The translations under genes and the position numbers were made by a program. The notes under the pieces were generated by a model. It saw nothing but the letters and a program-made list of their open reading frames with translations, was not told where the DNA came from and did no database searches. A DNA stretch of 64,000 bases, taken from assembly GCF_009914755.1 (NCBI RefSeq), contig NC_060930.1; one strand, 5' to 3'. This document shows, piece after piece, positions 1-12,509 of the stretch (positions within the stretch are counted from its first letter, which is position 1; each line of letters begins with the position of its first letter). Source of the stretch: the human T2T-CHM13v2.0 reference genome, Homo sapiens.

Positions 1-2454
1 CTACAAATATGTAGTTTAAGTGCAGTCCATTCTTAATATTGTCTAATAGTCTAGAAATATGTGATGTTTTATGTTACTACAATCAGTAAGTTTCTGTTTG
101 AAAGGATGTGGGAAGCTCTTCTTTACAGAATGCTAAAAAGGAAAGCTTATTCCTGGCTTCATCACCATTCCTGTTGCCTTTCATATCCCACCCCTCATGC
201 TGCTTGTTAATTCCACAGAGAACCCATTAGGGTGCCTCACTGTGCGCGGCCTTCAGGTTCAACCTCTGCTCTGCCCGTTCCCTGAATCTACCATCTTCTT
301 ATCCTAGCCTTCATGCATCTTCAGTTTTGATTATGATTCTTTAATTTAAGACAGTGGTTTAAATGCATCAGTTTTATCAAGGTGATAAGTCTTTGGTACG
401 TTAAGTGTAAACAGTTGGCTCGAGACTGGGTTAAAAGATTCACCAGGCACCTCCAAGTAGATTTCAAGCAAGGTGTCTCACCATAACCTGGGAAGTTAAG
501 GATGTTAAATTATTTGATAAATTAAGTCATTAGTACATCCTGGAAAAACTTAATGTCCATTTTCATTAATAATCAGTATTTTTGGTCAGTGTTCCCAGAG
601 TTGTCTAAATTTCTTTATATATCTAGATGCTGTGCTTTCAACGATTCTGTTCACTCAGAGTCTCTACTCAAAGAGCTGATAATCTTCTCATTTACCAAAG
701 TTCCTTTAATGTATGAAAAAACATATTGCCAAACAAAAAGATGAGACTCCAATTATTATTGAAATAGCTTTTATCTGATTATAGACACTTAGCCATTTGG
801 TCCAGTAAAAGTCGCTTTATAGAAAATTTCTGAACTGTTCAAATATTACCATTCCTAAAATTTCAACAGCTTAACTTAGGAAGAACTTTAATATATTAAC
901 CTTCCCAAATGACATGCCATTTTAAAAAGGGATTTTAAATGAATGCCTGAGATGAGAATTGAAGACCATGTGGCAAGTCCATAAGGAATACGCATTTGAA
1001 TAGTTGGACTGCCCATTTTCCGGCACTCACAGCTGTAATTGTTAGTAACTTTTTATAAAAAAGTAATGTCCATTTTTATCAAAGGGAAACACTCACATCC
1101 TTGCCTATCGGTGATCATTCTCTTTTTACCTTTATATTTCTTATTTCCTGTTTAGAAGCAAATGAAGGATTATGGAGTTTTGCAATATTAGGACTAGGTG
1201 ACAGCTCAGAAAATATCTGTTCCAAGTGTATTAAGTCCCAGGGGTGTATTGCCCATGGTCAGAGAGGAAATTAAGACTGCTGACATAGCACCATATCTTC
1301 TCCATAGGTCCATTTCTCTCTCCTTTATACTTTGACACCTTTTAAGTTTTATTGAATAAACATGAAAAGCCAAGTGACTTTGTTTTTCTAACTTTGAAGA
1401 GTTATTCAGAGTGATGTTTGTTTACGTTCTTGGTGTTAATGACAATGTCGGATAATACTACTCTAGAAATTCCCTAAGTAACTTTACCACCATATATAGT
1501 GCATTGTGCATCACTTCAGTTGAGAGAAAAGTATGACTAATGCAGCATGCATCAAAATTAATTCTGTCAGGAACTACTGTGTATGAGTCACAGAAGCCAC
1601 AATACTGTATTTAGAATAATAATAAGACAAGGAATAATGGCATCCTAAAATTTAATGAGGTAGTTTAGTTTAAATGTACACTGTTAGTTTGTGTCAACCT
1701 ACTGCCCATTGCAAGCAGCACATTTTTTTAACAACCTTGTGCAATGGGGCTGTAAATTACTATAATTAAATTAAGCCATAACCGTATCCAGGCAATATGA
1801 GGTATTTGTACTTTGTTTCTGTAATCATATTATCTGCTCAGAACAGAAATTACAATGAAAAAAAGAAAACAAACATTATCATCCATGTCATTTGTAATTT
1901 TTCAAGAAGAAAGCAAAGCTATGTTTGAGATTATCCACCCATTTTCCAGGTACATCTATCACAAATCCCTTGCCTTATCATTTAACTTATCATTTAACAC
2001 ATCTTTAACTGGTTCTTAAACTTGTAAGCAAAGCACAATGGTGGAGGGAAGGTTTCTTCAAATAAGCATATCTATATGCCATTTGATTTGCTTCCAATCT
2101 CATGTTGAGATGATGAGCAGATGGAGAGAGATTAATAGTTTGATTTCTTGGGATGGTAGAGATTTTGATAGAGAAAACCATGAATCCTGCAAGCAATATA
2201 ATAAAGCTATCATCTTCTTGTTATTACTGTCATAGCTTCTCTAAAATTTGTGTTGTGCTGAGACTGTTTTATGTGGATTATTTTTTTGAGTATGTGATGG
2301 TTTCCCCAGGGCATTATCATGGAAATTAGAAGGAGGTGCTTTTTGAATAAAATGGGAAGAGGTATTAGTCATTTGATCCTTTCTATTCCTTCTATCTTTT
2401 GTAACATCTGATAACACATCTGATATAGTTTAATAAATATTGGTTTCAGCCCTG

Positions 2455-2575
2455 ACTTCCCACTAGACAATAAATTCTTGAAAGTTAGAGCTACAGTGTA
2501 TTCCAAGAAAGTACTAATTGTCTAGAATAATACAAGGTAAAATATAATCGGAGCTTGATAAATATTTGTTTAAAG
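2455..2575 (+). mobile_element. L2 LINE 3' end fragment
   Basis: cccactagacaataaattcttgaaagttagag...ttgataaatatttgtt resembles the degenerate L2 3' terminus. Confidence 0.45.
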
Positions 2576-2857
2576 AATACAAAATTAATGTAAGAGATGA
2601 GATGTGTTTTGTTCAGACATATTATGCTTTACAAACTCTAAACTGTATTTTCTCACTTTCAATCCCCCTGTTTACCTCTTTGTGTGAGCTAAAGGATAAA
2701 TGGTTGGAAATGAGAAGTCATGAAACTTGCCATGTCATTTGTAGCTTCAACAACTATTTTCACTGTTAAGAAAATATGAACCTCAAATGTTTATCACCTT
2801 CAAGATCTGGTTTCCTAATTCATCACTGTTGCCTTCCTTGTCTAATTCACTTATAGC

Positions 2858-3204
2858 TCATGTTCTTTGACTTACATGGTAGTTACATCACAATAACTCA
2901 TCATAAGTTGAAAATGTATTTAATATACCTAACCTATCAAACATCAGAGCTTAGCCCAGCCTACCTTAAATGTGCTCAAAACACTTATATCAGCCTACAG
3001 TTGGGCAAAATCATCTAACAGAAACCTATTTTATAATGCAGTGTTGAATATCTCATATAATTTATTAAAGACAATTCTGAAAGTGAAAAACAGCATGGTT
3101 GTATGGGTACTCAAAGTACAGTTTCTATTGAATGCATATTGCTTTTGCACCATCATGAAGTTGAAAAATTATAAATTGAACCATAGTAAGTTGGAGTCCA
3201 CTTG
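2858..3204 (+). mobile_element. MER47A-like TcMar-Tigger MITE
   Basis: Internal text cctaacctatcaaacatcagagcttagcccagcctaccttaaatgtgctc...cagttgggcaaaatcatctaac matches the recalled MER47A consensus. Degenerate gacttac/gtaagtt TIRs. Homologous in reverse to 53989-54352. Confidence 0.8.
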
Positions 3205-3698
3205 TATTGAAAATCTGGATGCTGGTGTCACCAAACATATTCATAATATATTCACTAAATTTTTTAACATGGTATATAATTGTGATTACTCTAATTTGTC
3301 CCCATCCTCTTTCTCCATAAGAAATAGTAAGTAGGGTCCAGTTCATGACCTGATCGTCATTGCATTTCCCTCTTTGGTCATATGTAGGGCTATAATTATA
3401 CAAGAACTGAAATGGACAATATCAATAGCAAGTGCACAGGCATTTCTAGAAAGATAATTGAATGTTTGGTATGGAATTGTGAGGGGACTTTTATCAGTTA
3501 ATATTAATATATACTGCTCTTACAGCCAAGTTACATTTGCTTTGTTAGTTGATCCTGCCTAAACCTTGACCTTATTCAGTAGAACTTCAGATGCATAGAG
3601 TTAGTTGTAAAGAGTTGCAGCCAGAGTGTTCATGAATCAGCCAAGTTCCTTGAAACATTCAGGAAAGAAAAAAAAACTAAGCCAATTCCCTGTAGGGT

Positions 3699-3760
3699 AT
3701 GTTATCACCACCAATTACAGAATGTCAGGATGTCATCACCACCAATTAGAGAATGACACC
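3699..3760. repeat. 31-bp tandem duplication (2 copies)
   Basis: atgttatcaccaccaattacagaatgtcagg / atgtcatcaccaccaattagagaatgacacc. Confidence 0.9.
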
Positions 3761-4280
3761 AAGTAAACACTTTCTAGATGGAATTACATGAATGTGGCAA
3801 AGGGTTGTGGAATTTCCCTCAAAGGAAACAGACCGTATAGAATCATAGAGGTTTTTTTTTTTTTTTTTTTTTAAGAATTCTTGTTCATGGTTCACTGTTT
3901 CCTTGATATCACATTAATAGCTAATGGCTTAAAATGTGAAAAATGCATTTAAATACAAATACCCAAGTATTTAGTAGAGGAGTTATGTTGCTTTGTACAT
4001 TATTCTTTAATGTGGTAAAATAGCAAATAGCAATACCATTAATTTCAGTCATGTGAGCTAAAATGAACCATGATATACTATTTATTTTTCTTATCACTGA
4101 ATATATCAGGCAGGAGTCTACTTAGTTTGAAAATCTCATTTAGAATATCTTCTACTTTATAATCCCTGAACATAGAAATTGATAGTATTTAGTAAAAGAG
4201 AACACAGTGTAATACAATTAGAAAATAAATATTTTTATGTTTATCTTCCTGTAAATGAGAGCAGAGGGCTAGAGTGCATT

Positions 4281-4549
4281 TTATCTAATCACTGTATTAT
4301 TCAAAATTGATGATGTTTTCAAAGTCCTGAAGATTTTATCAAACATTTAGCTGAACTCTAGGCAGAATAATATTTTCTAGAAACAACTCATTTATTTTAG
4401 AAGCAACATTATTTTCTGTTGTTTTCATTAGACACATACCAAGTATCAGTACATAATTTTCTATATTTATAAATTTCTGGTTGCAAGATTTAGATAAATA
4501 TTTCTTCAGATTAATATCTTTAGAGAAAATAGATATCATTTTTAAGAGA
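4281..4549 (-). repeat. Arm A of a local inverted duplication
   Basis: Its reverse complement aligns to 5612-5970 at about 87% by manual count, with an exact 34-bp block tgaaaacaacagaaaataatgttgcttctaaaat. Confidence 0.95.
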
Positions 4550-4554
4550 ATTAC

Positions 4555-4755
4555 ACACCTGCATTCTATATGCCAAGCACTTGCTAAGTGCTAGCACATG
4601 TGCCATCTATTCATTGTTTTAAATAACATTTAAAGAGTTACCATTGTGCCCATTTTGCAGATGACATCAGAGTCACATGCTAGTGAATGGTAAGGAAGGG
4701 ATTAGAACCTGTTAGTATGACTCCGAGAGCTTGAGCTCTGCTCTACTGTGCTCTC
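4555..4755 (-). mobile_element. MIR SINE fragment
   Basis: tatgccaagcacttgctaagtgct...cccattttgcagatga...gtcacatgctagtgaatggtaag is MIR core in reverse. Confidence 0.7.
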
Positions 4756-4944
4756 TTTAATCTCTAAGTTCTTTGTTTTGTCCTTGGATCTGCTACCAGT
4801 TTATTCACTGAAGAGTAATTTACCTTTGTGAATTTCAATTCTCTGATTATTAATATGGATATTTTAATTTTGATCACTTCAGAAAATAAATGTCATTGAA
4901 TGTTGTTGAGGTAGCTATGAGAAAGGTACTACCATGTACCTTAT

Positions 4945-5260
4945 TTGGAATAAAAATGAACGCAACATTTTTAAAGAGCAATTTGGAAATATGAATCAAG
5001 GCTCTTAAAAGTATGTATGCCCTTTTTTAGCTTGGCCTCCCACAGCTAGTTATGTGTCCTGAAGGTATAGTCAGAGGTGTGAATAATGATTTATGTCTAG
5101 ATTATAGCTATCTTTGAAGAGAATGTTCAGCAAAATCAATAAATCTAAAATTTGCAAATTGCTAGGTAAGTTGATACGATGTGGCGGAAAATGTTCTCAA
5201 TTCCAAAACATGCAGGTAGTAAAGTCTGTAGTTGAATTAGTGACAGCCTATGAAATTCAA
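4945..5260 (+). mobile_element. Old L1M (L1ME-like) 3' region fragment
   Basis: caacatttttaaagagcaatttggaaatatgaatcaagg...atgtatgccctttt resembles the L1M ORF2 end/3' region. Confidence 0.5.
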
Positions 5261-5611
5261 AGTGTTGAATATTTTAATTGGTTGTATCCAGTAAACTAAA
5301 AAGTTACTTTAAGAAACAGAAACAAGAGTAGTATCTGCATAGGGATATGCCCACCTTTGTGTGAGAAAGTCCTCTAGAATTTAAGCTTACAACAGAAATG
5401 CGTTACTCAGTAGTAGCAAAGAGTCACAGTGGCTGAAACCATTGAAGCCAATGACAATGGTGAATTTAAAAAGAATGAGATTCAAATCAGTAAAATTGTA
5501 AGAGAATAAAGGTAAAAGAAGACCTATTGGCTATTATTGTAATAGCTAATCTTTTACTTGCATTTATAGCTCACAGAATATTTTATTATATTTTCTTCAT
5601 CTTCACTAACC

Positions 5612-5970
5612 TTTCTAAAAAATGATATTTATTTTTCTCTAAAGATATTCGTTTGAAGAAATTTTTTTCTGAATATGGCAACCAGAAATTTCTAAATATA
5701 GAAAATTTTGTGTTGATACTTGGCATATGCCTATTGAAAACAACAGAAAATAATGTTGCTTCTAAAATGAATGAGTTTTTTCTAGAAAACATCTTCCTGC
5801 CTAGAGTTCAGTCAAATTTCCTACAGTTCAGTTAAATGTTCCTACGGTTCAGTTAAATGTTAGATAAAATCTTCAGGATTTAGAAAATATCAGCTTTGAA
5901 TAAAATGGAGTGAATTATGGCACCTAATAAAATAGTTGTTACAGTGATTAAAATAGTGTCTCTTAGATAA
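5612..5970 (+). repeat. Arm B of the inverted duplication, with an internal 21-bp triplication and a MIR-derived patch
   Basis: Aligns to the reverse complement of 4281-4549. Extra sequence at 5800-5861 (triplication) and 5899-5950 (copy of 6455-6506). Confidence 0.93.
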
Positions 5971-6340
5971 TGGTTTTATTAGCACCATTAGGACTAAAGT
6001 CAGATTTCTCAGGACTAGATAGATAATTTATAACTGATAAATAATATGTTTGTTCAGATATCTTGGTATTATGCTTTGGTATCTTAGATTTTAAATGAAT
6101 GTATTATTATAATGCCATTGATTCTTACAATAGATTTTCCTTACAAACTATGATATACTTAATGTAAAATAACCTTATTTAACAAATGCTAGATTGAAAT
6201 AATTTAAGAAATAATATTTTTAACATATATGCATAAAATGTAACTTGAAACTTCGAAGATTAACTCAGATAAAAACAAACATACTGAAAATTTTGCCACT
6301 AGTGAACTTCTGAAATTCTGTCTCTCTGGTTTTTTTGGAA

Positions 6341-6585
6341 ACAGCACACCATGGTAGTCAAGAGGTATATTCTGGAGTCAGGCAGAACTGGGTCTGTGCA
6401 CTAGTTAGATGAGTTCAGGCAATACACTAGCCACTGTAAGCCTGTGTCTTCATCAATAAAATGGAATAAGTTATGGCACCTATTAATACAGTTGTTATAG
6501 TGATTAGATTAGAAAATAAATGTAAAGGGCTTAGCACCATAATTAGCACACAGTGAGCACTCTCATTAAATATTAGATATTATTT
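6341..6585 (+). mobile_element. MIR SINE
   Basis: tctggagtcaggcagaactgggt...ctgtaagcctgtgtcttcatcaataaaatgg...atgtaaagggcttagcac...cacagtgagcactc. Confidence 0.8.
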
Positions 6586-7229
6586 TTATTATTAATATTT
6601 GAAGAATTAAATCTACACATTATGATATTACATTGGGGCTTTATTAAGGCATCATGAGCTATATCAGAAATACTTGAAAACATATTTAGCCTAGATATAA
6701 TATCAGGCCTTCAGATGAGTTCAATGTCAGTGAAATTGACAACTTTAGCCTGTAGAAATGTCATAGAGTTATTTCTGCTTTGTAAAAAGGACAATCATAA
6801 GAAATACACTTTGAGCATTATCTCAGTTGGGAAATACTCCTATGAATTCAGGGTAATATAAATTGAAAATAGATTTTATCATGAACATCCAAACCATATT
6901 AGACGAGCTAGCATATAATTGACTGATAATGAACAAATGAACAGGAAGTGTGTCCTCTGGGTTTAGCCTGCTAACATTACATGAACTAATTTCTATAGTT
7001 AAGAGGTAATTGTCAGTTGAAACTATCTTTTCTTTGTACTTCTTGGGAATTATTTGATCATTACATACAGGAGCCATTATTTTATATCTCTACATCTCTC
7101 CACTGTATACTGTCTTCTATGCTAGAATGTTATCTTTCTGCACACCAACCCCCCCCTCCAAAAAAAAAAAAAAAAAAAAAACAGTCAACATCACCAATTC
7201 TGTGCACTCTCCTGGACAAACCTTACCAC

Positions 7230-7492
7230 TGACACTGGCCACTCATCTTCCCCATTCCCAAAACCCACAACTCATGACTGGTTGACACGACCCCTTACTT
7301 CAAAAGAAACCAACTCAAGAGCATCCTCCAAAATCAAGCTGAAACTTATTTTCAGAGGGAGACTTCATCTTTACTTAGCTTCCCCATTTCTATAATTTTT
7401 CTCATTGCCTTTCCCCTGAGAGCACTTTCTCAGGAAATTATTTTCTCAAGAATTTCTGTCTCAGACTCTGCTTTCAAGGACTCCAACCATAA
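7230..7492 (+). mobile_element. Old ERVL-type LTR 3' part (LTR16-like)
   Basis: Ends in tctgtctcagactctgctttcaaggactccaaccataaca, typical of LTR16/ERVL 3' termini. Confidence 0.45.
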
Positions 7493-7494
7493 CA

Positions 7495-7730
7495 ACCTTC
7501 CTGATTCTCCAAACCAGTTCTTAGACAGCAAACTCCATCTTGATATATCTGTTCCGCTACCTCTATTGTAATGCAAAATGAATCGTATTGCATGGCTTAG
7601 GTGTCTTTCTTCCCTACAAGGCTAATCTTCTTGAGAAAGGGATGTTGTTTTATTGTCTGTGGATTATGAAAGTCTTTCACATAGTGCCTGACACATATCA
7701 GATGCTAAATAAATGCTGTTGAACGAATAA
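7495..7730 (+). mobile_element. L2 LINE 3' end
   Basis: cttgagaaagggatgttgttttattg...cacatagtgcctgacacatatcagatgctaaataaatgctgttgaacgaat. Confidence 0.7.
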
Positions 7731-8823
7731 TTCAAAATATGCTGCTCTGTATTAGCACCAAGAGTGAGTTTTTTAAAAATATTCTAATCCAAATGCACAA
7801 GAATATTCACAAAAAAGCCCTTTAAAGATAAGCGGCAGTATTTCAAATATAAGGAGATTCTAGTTTTCCAAAACATCTTACACTGCATCTTAAAATCAGA
7901 ATAATTGGCTTTTATCAAACCTGTGTCATTTTAATAAGGGCTCTCATGAACTTAATATGATTCTTAATAGAACACTGCATGTGTAATTAGATAAACTGTA
8001 ACAGCTAAAGCTTTGTAAATATATTTAAAATCATAACAGATAAATGATAACAAAGTGAATTGTGAATTCCACTGAGGTCAAAATACAATGAAGAGACCAA
8101 GTAAATTTAATTTTAAATTGAACTCCTTTAGTATTTTCTAAACAATGCAAACAGTGTTAGTACCTAAAAGTCATTTGATTGCCACCTCAGTGTCTTTGTT
8201 TAAGTCGATGCCTATTTATTTTTATTAGTGGTGCTTTGATTGAAAAATTCCTAATTTTGCAATCCATATTTAAACTTCAGAAAAAACGAAAGCAAGCATT
8301 AGTGGTGATAAAACAAGAAAGTAAGGAACTCATCATGTGAATACTTTTCTGAGGCCATTTTGTTCTCACTAATATTGTGAAAAATACTATACTTAGGATT
8401 TTAAATTTTCTCTATAATTGCAATAGAATTAATATTCTACAGTCATTGGTTAATTCTATGCTTTATGATAATGTTATAATAAATGCCTATTAACTATAAT
8501 TGACTAGAAAGGAGCAGGCAACCAGCATGTCTAATGACTAATTTGGGTATTCTGAGCAAGTACTTATGCACTTTCAGTAATTCTGTATCCACATGACATT
8601 TTTGGAAGGAAATCAAGTACATTGACTGTCACCTTAGGGTAGGGGTTTATTTCCTCTTTTGTTTCCATCTTAATTATGCAGCTTTGATTTCTGCAGTTCT
8701 TAAAGACATTTTCAAATTTAAAAAATTTTCTTAAGAGTAATTGAATGTGAGATTTTTGCTTCTATATATTTCTAAGCTTTTTCTAATCACAGTGAGGTGT
8801 GAAAGGGCTTTTTGTTTGTTTGC

Positions 8824-8848
8824 TTTGTTGTTGTTGTTGTTGTTGTTA
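8824..8848. repeat. (TTG)n microsatellite
   Basis: About 7 ttg units. Confidence 0.9.
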
Positions 8849-8878
8849 TGTTTTCCCTTGACCATCCCAGGCCTAAGG

Positions 8879-9043
8879 GCAGTGCCTCTCACAGTCTACT
8901 ATGCGTATGAATCACCTAGGATCTTGTTAAAATGCAAACTCTCACTGAGCAAATAGGGAGTATGGCCTGAGATCATGTAATTCTAAGTAGCTCCAGCGTG
9001 ATGCCAAGCAGTTGGTCTACTGACCACACTTTGAGGAGCAAGG
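8879..9043. mobile_element. MER5-family hAT-Charlie MITE
   Basis: gaatcacctaggatcttgttaaaatgcaaactc...ggcctgagatc...accacactttgag. Confidence 0.75.
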
Positions 9044-9779
9044 TCTGAGCTCTGAGCTGCATATCCTTTGTAGTCCCAGACTTAGTCTTTACACTAAGAC
9101 ATTATACTAATTTTCTTCAACCAAAGAAAATTCCAAAGGATTCTAAGAGATGACATTTCAGAGTAATTGTCACATTCTACCCAGCTTGGACCTTCAAACC
9201 TGACTGTCAGCTTCAGCATTCCAGGATCCATCTCTGATTCTTTTGGCTTTCCACCAGGGGTAGAGCCAACCCATAGATGACTTCAGCAGTGACATTCTAG
9301 CACATTAGCACTCAGCAGTGGCCTTTTGAGATGTTGGTGAAATTTTCTGCCTACCAAGAAAGTGGAGTTGGCACGATGTACATAAACTTCATGATGACAA
9401 GAAGGCAGGATAGTTAGTGGCAGTTTGACAAGTCTCTCTGCATGAAAACAAATTAAGATGCCGTGACAGCTCTGAAAAAAACTGTTCTTTTTGGCATTTC
9501 CTTTTTTCCAATGTTCTCTGAGCATGCTATCTCAATTTATTATAAAGCTACACATACAGCCCAGGAATTTCTTTAGCAGCCAAGTCACACCTCAGAGTTC
9601 TGTCAGTTGTGAATAACCCTCAAGAATTTTTACTCCCTCGTCAAATGTGCTTGTGTAGTATTCCAGCCATCAGTCCTTTCATTTCAATAAAACTTTTACA
9701 TTCCCAAGTGCTTTCACATCTTTGATCTTATTTCATCTTGCCTTCCGACTGAGTAAAATAGTATGGATAACCTTTTTTT

Positions 9780-10150
9780 AAATTCATTGACACAATAAAC
9801 ATTAATTAAATTCCTGCTACAGGCAAGGCTATATGTATGGTAGGTACCAAGGAAGATATAAAGATTAATAAGTCATGGCACTGCCCTCAGAGATCCTGAG
9901 CAGAGAGTTAAAATCATGTGCATAAATTGCAAGGTAGAGAGGCATAAGTGCTTCAGTGTGCTGTAGATCACATGGGAGAATTTATCAAAACATGTGATGA
10001 GTTCTAGCCCAGAGCAGTGTGTGAGAGGCATAGAAGGCACCACAGTATGATAACTTCATAGGTGGCCTTTAATAATGAGTGGAATTTTGAGGTGAGGTGT
10101 GGGCTGAAGCTATAGCAACACATCACGGAGTTCAGAAACAAGAGATACTG
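9780..10150 (-). mobile_element. L2 LINE fragment
   Basis: attcattgacacaataaacatt...ctacaggcaaggc...aataagtcatggcactgccctcagag is the reverse of the L2 3' region. Confidence 0.6.
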
Positions 10151-12353
10151 CTTGAGGAATACATAGCATATCATCTTTGTGTTGTGCATATTGTTATTTT
10201 TGTATTTAAAATATGAAGAAAGTAGGTCGATGTTGAAATATGGAAAGATTATATTGAAAAGATAGGGTTTAGACTTCCATTGACGCCCCTAAACATCCTC
10301 TTTTACAGATTAACAGTATGAGGTATGGAAATGAGATGACAGATCAAGGGTCAGAAATCTCATAAGTGGCAATATTGTTGCTAAAACCTAGTATCTGGAC
10401 CTGCGGTTCTACTCTGAAGGACAGTGATATTCTGTATCCTAATGCCACCATCTCACTGCGGCCAGAAGCCCACTAACCACTCCGGGGTGCCCAGAGGGAG
10501 GGAGAAAGGTTCACTTCCTACCCCAGGGACAAGAAGGTTGAAGGCAACAAGTTACTTGCTTTGATCTGAAAACATATAAAAGATAGAATTTAATGCTCAT
10601 TTAGCTTTGCTTTAGGAATTTTTGTACTAAAATACCTGGATTTTTATGTGACTTTTTTTGATGCATTTTTACTTTTGTAAACATTTTATCTATATTCATG
10701 CTTCATGTGCATGCTTTTTACAAGATGTATGACTTGCCACTAAAAAATAAAAATGTGTAAATTGCATTCGGCTAGCCATCATATTTAATTTTTTTCTTAA
10801 ACTGTGTTATTACCTCCTAGGCACTTTCTGCAGCACAGTTGTTCAAGATAGATAATACATCGCTAGGGCTTTTCACAGCGAAGAAGGGGATTTTAATGAA
10901 AATGCCACTTTTAATAAGAAGCCTCAATAATATGTGGTCTTGGTTGTTCCAGCTGAGATATTAATGTCTGGCACTTTTTTTTCCCTATAAATCAGTAACA
11001 AAAAGATGGAAGGAATTTGGTTTGAAACACAATGCTAAAGAAGTTGGAAAAATAATTATCTTTAGAAAGGACATATAGCCTATATAAAGTAAAATTCTCA
11101 ATATTTACTACATTATACACTATTTCTTTTATTTTTCATTTCTCATTGCTACAAAGCCTCAAAGCTTACATAAAAAAAAACTAGGGGTTGTCAGGCAGAT
11201 TTTAATTAATGTATTTCTACTTTTTCAAATTTCACAGTTTTAGATTTGTTTCTAGAGTAAGGGGTAAAAAAAAAAAAAAAAAAAAAAGACAAAAAGATTT
11301 AAAGTGATTCAAAATCTCCAGAAAAAGATTCAAAATTCTTCAAAGTGTTTCATTCTGTAGGGGCTTTGATTTCACACTAAGGGAAACCTGACCATGTCTA
11401 AAATGTAAACATAAAAAATTATTAAAATGCATATTTCTATATCCTTCTCTCCCCATTCCTACCAAATGCCCAAATCAACCATTTGGGAAGAATATATATA
11501 GTTGAGAAGAACAGGGTGAGTAATACACCTTCTCATTTTTTAAGCCCAAAAGACGAAGAAAATCGAGAAAGTTTGAAATCTGGGAAAGTTATCCAAGAGT
11601 TACTTATTCATTCCTGCACTCTTGAATACGAACTGTGAGTCAGGTGATGTGTAGCAGGGAGACCCAGGTGGAAAGATTGGCAGGGGGCACTCATGATGTG
11701 CTTTGTAGCCGAGCAAGCAGATCGGATTTTATTTTCAGTCTAGAGCCCTCAGCGTACAGAAATATCCTTGATTATTTGTAAAGGAAAGGGCCTGGAAGGA
11801 AAGGACAGGGTGGATGTAAGCACAGAGATAGCACAAGCAACTACTGAAGTTAGCAAAATTGAGGTGCAGAACTCGGTGAGGGCTTAGCTAACTGTTAGCA
11901 TACAGAAACGTTGTGAGGTTAAAGGAAAGGGGCTATGTCTATTTTATTTAATGTGGCCCTGTCTCCATTAAAGCACATGGAGATAATTATATCAGCTAGA
12001 TTATGACAGAACCCACAGAAATACATCATACACTGTGAAACAGAGCATAATTTTCTTAGTGCTGTGATAATGCAAAACAATAATTTATCATGATAAAAAT
12101 CAAAGAAAATGTGTCTTCTTGGTGAAAGATTTTTCTATTATGTCTGAGATTATCTTATCCATTCTTATTTTCTTTTTTCACTGTATGTCATTGCAAGAGG
12201 GTCTTGTATTTTACATCAGTGGGTAGTATTTTGAATATATTTGGTAATTAATAAACATTTTAAAGTCATTTCGTTGTCCACTAAAGTTCTGCTAAAACAT
12301 ATTATTCTTAAAAGGGCACTGGACAAACGGTAGTAAAACAATATTTATATCTC

Positions 12354-12509
12354 TTTTTTGTAGTTGTTGTTTTGTTTTGTTTTGTTTTTTGTAGAGATGG
12401 GGTTTTGCTGTGTTGCCCAGGCTGGTCTCAAACTCCTGAGCTCAAGTGATCTGCCGGCCGTGGCCTCCCAAAGTGCTGGTATTACAGGTGTTAGCCACCT
12501 TATCCGGCC
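12354..12509 (-). mobile_element. FLAM / Alu left monomer
   Basis: Single monomer gtagagatggggttttgctgtgttgcccaggctggtctcaaactcctgagctcaag...ccggcc preceded by a T-rich tail. Confidence 0.9.

Noticed and set aside
4339-5835. Two ORFs with similar peptides (NQKF.NIEN.VLILG.CL.KTTENNVASK), suggesting a paralogous mini-gene pair
   Set aside because: The similarity follows from the DNA inverted duplication. Starts and ends differ, homology extends beyond the ORFs, many changes are non-synonymous, and no gene signals are evident.
5800-5861. Short direct repeats as a CRISPR-like array
   Set aside because: The units are head-to-tail with no spacers, and the context is human DNA.
7150-11290. Orphan poly(A) runs at about 7160-7181 and 11266-11287 as processed-pseudogene tails
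   Set aside because: No recognisable upstream mRNA-like sequence and no convincing TSD.
11675-11695. CTCF-like ggcagggggcac
   Set aside because: It lacks the conserved 5' CC of the core motif and is a single weak match.
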